This document shows, piece by piece, positions 57,018-64,000 of a stretch of DNA of 64,000 nucleotides. The number at the start of each line of letters is the position of its first letter. Positions within the stretch are counted from its first letter, which is position 1. Location of the stretch: NCBI GenBank assembly GCA_965248355.1, contig OZ252098.1, forward strand, positions 640,001-704,000, read 5' to 3'. Both the position numbers and the translations under genes were made by a program. The DNA comes from Candidatus Latescibacterota bacterium (GTDB lineage Bacteria; Latescibacterota; UBA2968; UBA8231). The notes under the pieces are model-generated. The model was given only the letters and a program-made list of their open reading frames with translations, was not told where the DNA came from and ran no database searches.

Positions 57018-58726
57018 ACCTGAAATAGGCGCGTTCGCCGCGGTCGAAGGACGCCGTGCGGCCAGGGACGCCCGTTCGTCATGGGGCCAGGGATTGGGCA
57101 GTTGATGGATGGCCGGGTGCCTGGATTGCGTGATTTTGTCGTTGGTAGCGGCAGAGTCCTGCCGGGGTCGTCCGAGAGCCCGACGGGTGGCCGATGGTCG
57201 GCTTGTTGCGAAAGCGTGTCAGAAAACGGTGCGTTCGATGGTTCGCCATGTGCTGAAGAGCCGATCCACGGCAGGAGCATGAGGCTGTGAAGGAAGCGCC
57301 GAAACTCCATGCGTACGTACTCCTGCCGGTCGCTCTGGCGGTGCATCATCATCGCCATCCACGACTTGATGTTCCAGGCCAGCGTCGCCATGACCATGTA
57401 GGCCCAGTTGCTGACCAGGTCGTAGAGCGGCACGCGCATGGCGTTGACCCCATTCTTGAGCTGCTCGATGACGTTTTCCTGGTCGCAGCGTTCGTTGGCG
57501 CAGGACACCACTTCGGCCGCACTGAGGTCCGTGCGCGTGGTGATGTAGAAGAAGTAGCGGATGTCGTCGAGCAGGGTGAGCTCCCCTTTCCTCTTGCTGA
57601 GGTTCTTGCGCAGCACGACGACTCGATACGGACGGGCACAGGCCCGGGGCTGGTAGTCGAATTCGGCCACGTCTTCGTAGTTGAGTTTCACGTCCCAGAA
57701 GCCGCGCTCCTCGACGATGCGCTTCATCCCTCGGCTTGCGCTCCAGGCGTTGCCAGGCCGCCTCGTCGAGAGCCTCGGCGCGACGGCGCAGGGCGGCGTT
57801 GCAGTCCATGCCGAACACGAAGTCCACCTGCTTCGCCCAACGGTCGAAGTGGGCGGTCAGCGAGAAGTCCGTGTCGCCTCGCAGGCAGACCCTCGGGGCC
57901 TGGGGGGTCAGCAGGGCGATGGCCTTGTCCAGCCAGCGCGCCGCGCCGGTGTGGCTCGGCACGTTCCCGGGACGATTCACGACGTAGAGCACCTCCTTGG
58001 TGTTGGCCAGAGACACGACCAGCGGATGGTAGCCCCAGATGCCTTTGTAGGAAATCTCCATCCCGGCCTTGCGCTCTCCGCAGGTCGGCGCCAGCACGCC
58101 GTCCACATCGATGTAGGCCATCGGTCCCAACAGGTCGCGGCCCCGCCCTTGCCACAACTTCGGGCGCACCGCGTTGATCGCCTCCATCAGTTCGACCACG
58201 TCGGACGCCTCGAAACGTCGACAGAAGTCCCCCGCGGTCGTCGGGTCGGGGATCAGGTCGTGTCGGCGGATCTCGATATCCTGCAGCCGAGTGCCGCCGC
58301 ACAGCGCGTTGTAGCTCAAATTCAGCACGTGGTCCGACTCGTGATACGGCAAGTGCACCTTCAGCAAGTGCAGGCGCCGGTCGATCTGCTCCGGCAGTCC
58401 CAGCTTCGTCACCAGGCGATGCGCGACCGCAATCCCGCCATAGCTCATCACGTCGGGGTGGCCACCGATCTCGTAGTGCACCGGGCGGGCGCTCAACATC
58501 GGCCGGGCCTGAGCCGACCAATGTCCCGCCTGCGAATGAGCGGCCTGCACGCGGCGTTTCCGTCGTGCACTGTTCCTCCGACTCTGCTTGGCCGTAATTC
58601 TCTTCACCGGAAAGGCCCTCCGTGTTGGGGTAGCGAATTCCTCCAGAATCCTGCTAACTCCTACTACGGTAAGCCTTTCCGGCCTTTCAGAACAGCCCAA
58701 TCGAACCAACCACGCTTATTTCAGGA
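57018..58726 (-). mobile_element. IS1380 family element, transposase broken by deletions and frameshifts (copy 2)
   Basis: Ends ACCTGAAATAGGCG / CACGCTTATTTCAGGA; CTAG duplicated at 57014-57017 and 58727-58730; 'IPDPTTAGDF', 'IDVDG', 'WGYHPL', 'RPGN', 'RGDTDF'. Confidence 0.9.
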
Positions 58727-58832
58727 CTAGAGCGGCGACCCTGGGGGACCCCGTTCCATCCCGCGGGCCCTCCGCGCACAGGCCGGTCGAATCTGGACAT
58801 GCGGAGAGGGCCCCGGTACCTTCGACAGCGCC

Positions 58833-60614
58833 ATGGCCTTCCGTCTCGATCCGGCTGAATCCGTCCCCGACGGGGTGCGGCGGATCGCCCACGAGCAGCT
58901 CGACCACTCCATCCACCGTCTCACCGAAGGCACCGGCGACCGCGACCGCGACGTGCACTCGGCCCGCAAGTCGATGAAGTGCCTGCGGGGCTTGGTGCGC
59001 CTCGTGCGCCCGGACCTCGGGCGCGACATCTACCGGCGCGAGAACGAGACCTACCGCGACACGGCCCGCCAACTGGCCGGCCTGCGCGACGCCACCGTGC
59101 TCGCGGCCACCCTGGACCAGGTGGCGGCCGGCCTCAACGGCGACGCCGGGGACCTCGGTCCCCTCCGGGAGCGTCTGGCCGGCCGCCGGGGCCGGGCCTG
59201 CGAGTCCGGCGAGAGAGCGCCCGTCCTCGGCGCCTGCGCCGAGGTCCTGCGCCAGGCCCGGGATCGCGTCGACCACTGGCCCCTGCAGGACGCCGGGTGG
59301 AGCGGGCTCGGCCTCGGGCTGCTGGCCGTCTACCGCCGGGGCCGCGGCGAGTGCCGGCAGGCGAGCTGGCGGCCGTCGGTGGAGAGCCTGCACCAGTGGC
59401 GCAAGCGGGTGAAGTACCTGTGGTACCACAGCCGCCTCCTGCAGCCCCTGTGGCCGGCGGCGATGGCCGCCTGGCGAGGAGAGCTGGACCGCCTCGGCGA
59501 GCTGCTGGGGGACGATCACGACCTGGCCGTCCTCGCCGGGGTGCTGCGCAAGGAGGGAGAGCCGGAGGGGGAGGAACTGCTGGGACCGATCTCCCGGCGG
59601 CGCCACGAGCTGCAGGAGGAGGCCCGCGTCCTGGGGATGCGCGTCTACTCCGAGCGGCCGAAGGACCTGCGCCGCCGCCTGCGGGGCTACTGGCGGGCCT
59701 GGGAGGAGGAGAGGCGCCGAATGTCCGGGGCGGCGCCGGCGCCGGCGGCTTCCACCACCCTCGAGCGGGTGGCCGACACCCGCTGCCGCACGGGGGAGGG
59801 GCCCCTCTGGCACGAACAGGAGCAGCGCCTCTACTGGGTCGACATCCCCGAGGGCCGCCTGTACCGCTACGATCCCGCCACGGGCGCCCACGAGCAGGTC
59901 TTCCAGGGTGAGCCCATCGGCGGCTTCACGGTGCAGGCCGACGGCTCGCTGCTGCTGTTCATGGCCCGCGGCGCCATCGCCGTGTGGCGGCCGGACCGGC
60001 CCCTGTCCCCCGTGGTGGAGGAGATCCCCGTGGAGCGGGACTCCCGCTTCAACGACGTCATCGCCGACCCCGAGGGGCGCGTGTTCTGCGGCACCATGCC
60101 GGGCCCGGCCGGCGGTGGCCGCCTCTACCGGCTCGACCGCGACGGCACGCTCACCGAGCTGCTCGACGGGGTGGGGCTTCCCAACGGCCTGGGGTTCTCG
60201 CCCGACGGCGGCCGGATGTACTTCGCCGACTCGAAGGCCGGGGTCATCTGGAGGTTCGCCTACGACCGGGTCACCGGGGAATTGTCCGACCGCCGCGTCT
60301 TCGCCGACACCGCCGGCCGGGAGGGCGCCCCGGACGGTCTGGCCGTCGACGCCGAGGGCGGCGTCTGGTGCGCCCGCTGGAACGGCGGCTGCCTGGTCCG
60401 CTACCGGCCCGACGGCGGCGAGGAGCGGCGGGTCGAGCTGCCGGCGCGCAAGGTGTCCAGCGCCTGCTTCGGGGGGCCCGGCCTCGACGAGCTCTACGTG
60501 ACCACGGCCGGGGGCCCCGACCGCGACGCGGAAGGCCCCGGCGCCGGCGCCCTCTTCCGGCTGCGTCCCGGCCTTGCGGGCCGGCCCGGCTTCCCCTCGA
60601 GGATCGGACTGTGA
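58833..60614 (+). CDS. In-frame CHAD domain plus SMP-30/gluconolactonase protein (possibly two genes; internal ATG 59721)
   Basis: CHAD 'VHSARKSMK', 'LRDA', 'LHQWRKRVK', 'LGDDHDL'; SMP-30 'GEGPLW', 'RFND', 'PNG', 'PDG', 'SACFGG'. Confidence 0.85.
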   Translation: MAFRLDPAESVPDGVRRIAHEQLDHSIHRLTEGTGDRDRDVHSARKSMKCLRGLVRLVRPDLGRDIYRRENETYRDTARQLAGLRDATVLAATLDQVAAGLNGDAGDLGPLRERLAGRRGRACESGERAPVLGACAEVLRQARDRVDHWPLQDAGWSGLGLGLLAVYRRGRGECRQASWRPSVESLHQWRKRVKYLWYHSRLLQPLWPAAMAAWRGELDRLGELLGDDHDLAVLAGVLRKEGEPEGEELLGPISRRRHELQEEARVLGMRVYSERPKDLRRRLRGYWRAWEEERRRMSGAAPAPAASTTLERVADTRCRTGEGPLWHEQEQRLYWVDIPEGRLYRYDPATGAHEQVFQGEPIGGFTVQADGSLLLFMARGAIAVWRPDRPLSPVVEEIPVERDSRFNDVIADPEGRVFCGTMPGPAGGGRLYRLDRDGTLTELLDGVGLPNGLGFSPDGGRMYFADSKAGVIWRFAYDRVTGELSDRRVFADTAGREGAPDGLAVDAEGGVWCARWNGGCLVRYRPDGGEERRVELPARKVSSACFGGPGLDELYVTTAGGPDRDAEGPGAGALFRLRPGLAGRPGFPSRIGL

Positions 60615-62088
60615 AGGGCGGGGTGGAGGAGCCGCGGCGCGGCCAGGGATCCCTGAGCCGGCGCCTGGTCTTCAGCTTCGTCACCCTCGCCCTGGCCGGG
60701 TTGGGGGGCAGCGGCTGGATCCTCTACCGGCAGGCCCTCCACAGCCTCGAGGAGCAGCTCGCCTCGCACCTGAAGGTGGAAGCGCAGATGATCTCCACCG
60801 AGCTGGCGAGGAGCAGCGTCATCAGCCTGCGGCCCGGCATGGAGGGCAACTTCCTGCACCAGCTGCTCCAGCAACGCATGCGCGATGCCCAGAAGGCCCT
60901 GGGGGCGCGCCGCATCTACGTATTCCACCGCAACGGCCGGAGTCTGCTCGACACGGAGGAAGGCAAGCGCATCGGCCGCGAGATCCACCTGCTCACCTTC
61001 CACAAGCCCCAGGTGGAGGCCATGTGGCGGGGCGAGCCGGCGAACACCCAGCGGTTCACGGACGAGGACACGGGCGACCACTACATGACCGGGTACGCGC
61101 CGATCTACCGGGCCGGCCGCATCGTGGCCGGCGTGGGGGTGGACATGGGCGCCGGGTACATGGACGCCATCCTCGGCTTCAAGCGCTCCGTCTACCTGCT
61201 CGCCGGCCTGGGCACCTTGCTCACCTTCCTCGTCGGCCTCGGCGTGGCGCGCCACATCACCGGCCCCGTCCACCGCCTGGTGACGGCGGCGCGCGAGATC
61301 GGCCGCGGCAACCTCGGCCGGGCCGTGCAGGTGCAGGCCCGCGACGAGATCGGCTACCTGGGTCAGACGATGGAGGAGATGCGCAGCAAGCTGCTGACCC
61401 GCGACGCCCAGCTGCGCCAGATGCTGGCCGGGGTCGCCCACGAGATCCGCAACCCCCTGAGCGGCATCGAGATCTACGCCGGCCTCATCGCCGACGAGCT
61501 GCCCTCCGGCGATCCCCGGCGGGAGCACATCCACAAGGTGACCGCCCAGGTGAACACCATGAACCAGGTGATCTCCGAGTTCCTGCACTTCGCCCGGCCG
61601 CCTTCGCCCCAGCCCGGCGAGGTGGTGCTGTCCCAGCTGGTGGACGACGCCCGTTTCCTGCTGTCGCCCGAGATGGAGGCCGCCGGCGTCACCTTCCACA
61701 CCGAGGTGGCGCCCGAGGCGCGGGTCCACGCCGACCCGGAGCAGGTGAAGCGGGCGGTGGTCAACCTGATGAAGAACGCGGTGCAGGCCATGTCCGAGGG
61801 GGGCGCCCTGACCGTGCGCGCCGAGCGCGCCGGGGACGACGTGGCCCTGGAGGTGGAGGACACCGGTCCGGGCCTGCCCGAGGAGGTCCGCCAGCGCCTC
61901 TTCGAGCCCTTCTTCACCACCCGCGAGAAGGGCTCCGGCCTGGGTCTGGCCATCGTCCAGCAGACGGCGGAGACCAACGCCGGCCGCGTCGAGGTCGAGT
62001 CCATTCCCGGGCGCGGTTCCGTCTTCCGTCTCGTGCTGCCGGCCTCCGGGGCGGTGCCCGCGCCGGCGGCGGCGCAGGAGGTCGGCGC

Positions 62089-62092
<4 letters not shown>
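60611..62092 (+). CDS. Membrane sensor histidine kinase (extracytoplasmic sensor, HAMP, HisKA, HATPase)
   Basis: Two TM segments, 'DEIG', 'AHEIRNPL', 'NAVQA', 'DTGPG', 'GSGLGL'. Confidence 0.92.
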
Positions 62093-63476
<1,384 letters not shown>

Positions 63477-63480
<4 letters not shown>

Positions 63481-64000
63481 CTCGATCCCTTCTCATCCTC
63501 CCGGCCCTGCTCGGGACGGTCCTGCCCGGGGCCGCCCAGATCGAGGACCTGGCGGCTCTCAAGTCGTCGCGGGAGCGGATCGACCGGGTCTCCGAATCCC
63601 TGCAGCAGATCCGCAGCCGCTTCCTGGCGCGCAAGGACTCCCTCTCGTACCTGGTGGACAGCCTGCGCGGCCTGGACCCGGCGTCCACGGGCCTGTGGCG
63701 CCTGCAGCTCCAGTCCCGGCAACTGCTGGACCGCCTCCTGCACGTCGAGGCCCGGCTCGACAGCGCCGCGGCGGACATGGACTCCCTCGACCAGGAGCTG
63801 CGCACCGCCTACGACTGGGAGATCAGCCGGTTGATCCGGCTGCTGGAGGACGAGGGCTGGGACGACGGCCTCTACAGGCAGCTGGAGGTGTTCCAGGACG
63901 AGCGCAAGGAGCTGGGCAACGCCGCCGGTCCGGGGCACTACCGCCTCGATGACGAGCACGAGCTGGCCCTCAACGAGCAGGACGGCCCGGGGGAGATCCG
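63477..64000 (+). CDS. Secreted helical/coiled-coil hypothetical protein (runs off window end)
   Basis: ATGA-coupled to the regulator; 'MTRSLLILPALLGTVLPGAA-QIEDL...'; Leu-rich heptad pattern; no stop before 64000. Confidence 0.7.

Noticed and set aside
53795..58731. Composite transposon carrying the 55098-57017 gene (ACTAGA at both outer flanks)
   Set aside because: The copies are divergent, each has its own CTAG-type duplication, and removing copy 1 restores native coupling of the enclosed gene to its upstream neighbour.

Overview
High-GC bacterial chromosomal window. Secreted proteins with FlgD/T9SS-like C-terminal domains, WGxxK C-terminal tails, a DUF6785/6784 membrane protein and many orphan catabolic enzymes suggest an FCB-related candidate lineage such as Latescibacterota (inference). 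About 45 CDSs: a heterodimeric ABC exporter, many hydrolases/oxidoreductases, a ~13 kb co-directional catabolic cluster, a zinc-ribbon DEAD-box helicase, an RNA ligase, and a sigma-54 two-component system. No rRNA, tRNA or CRISPR array was recognised. Most striking: (i) every toxic or selfish gene recognised is broken (two HigB toxins, an AbiEii-type toxin, an ApeA HEPN nuclease, two IS1380 transposases), mostly by internal deletions, several at short microhomologies, while all three antitoxins appear intact; (ii) a mosaic tandem triplet of secreted paralogues with variable loops and a shared WGxxK tail; (iii) candidate structured RNAs upstream of the helicase and the RNA ligase; (iv) two IS1380 copies inserted at CTAG at gene ends; (v) an in-frame CHAD-SMP30 fusion. 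All family calls come from motif recognition by eye, not database searches.
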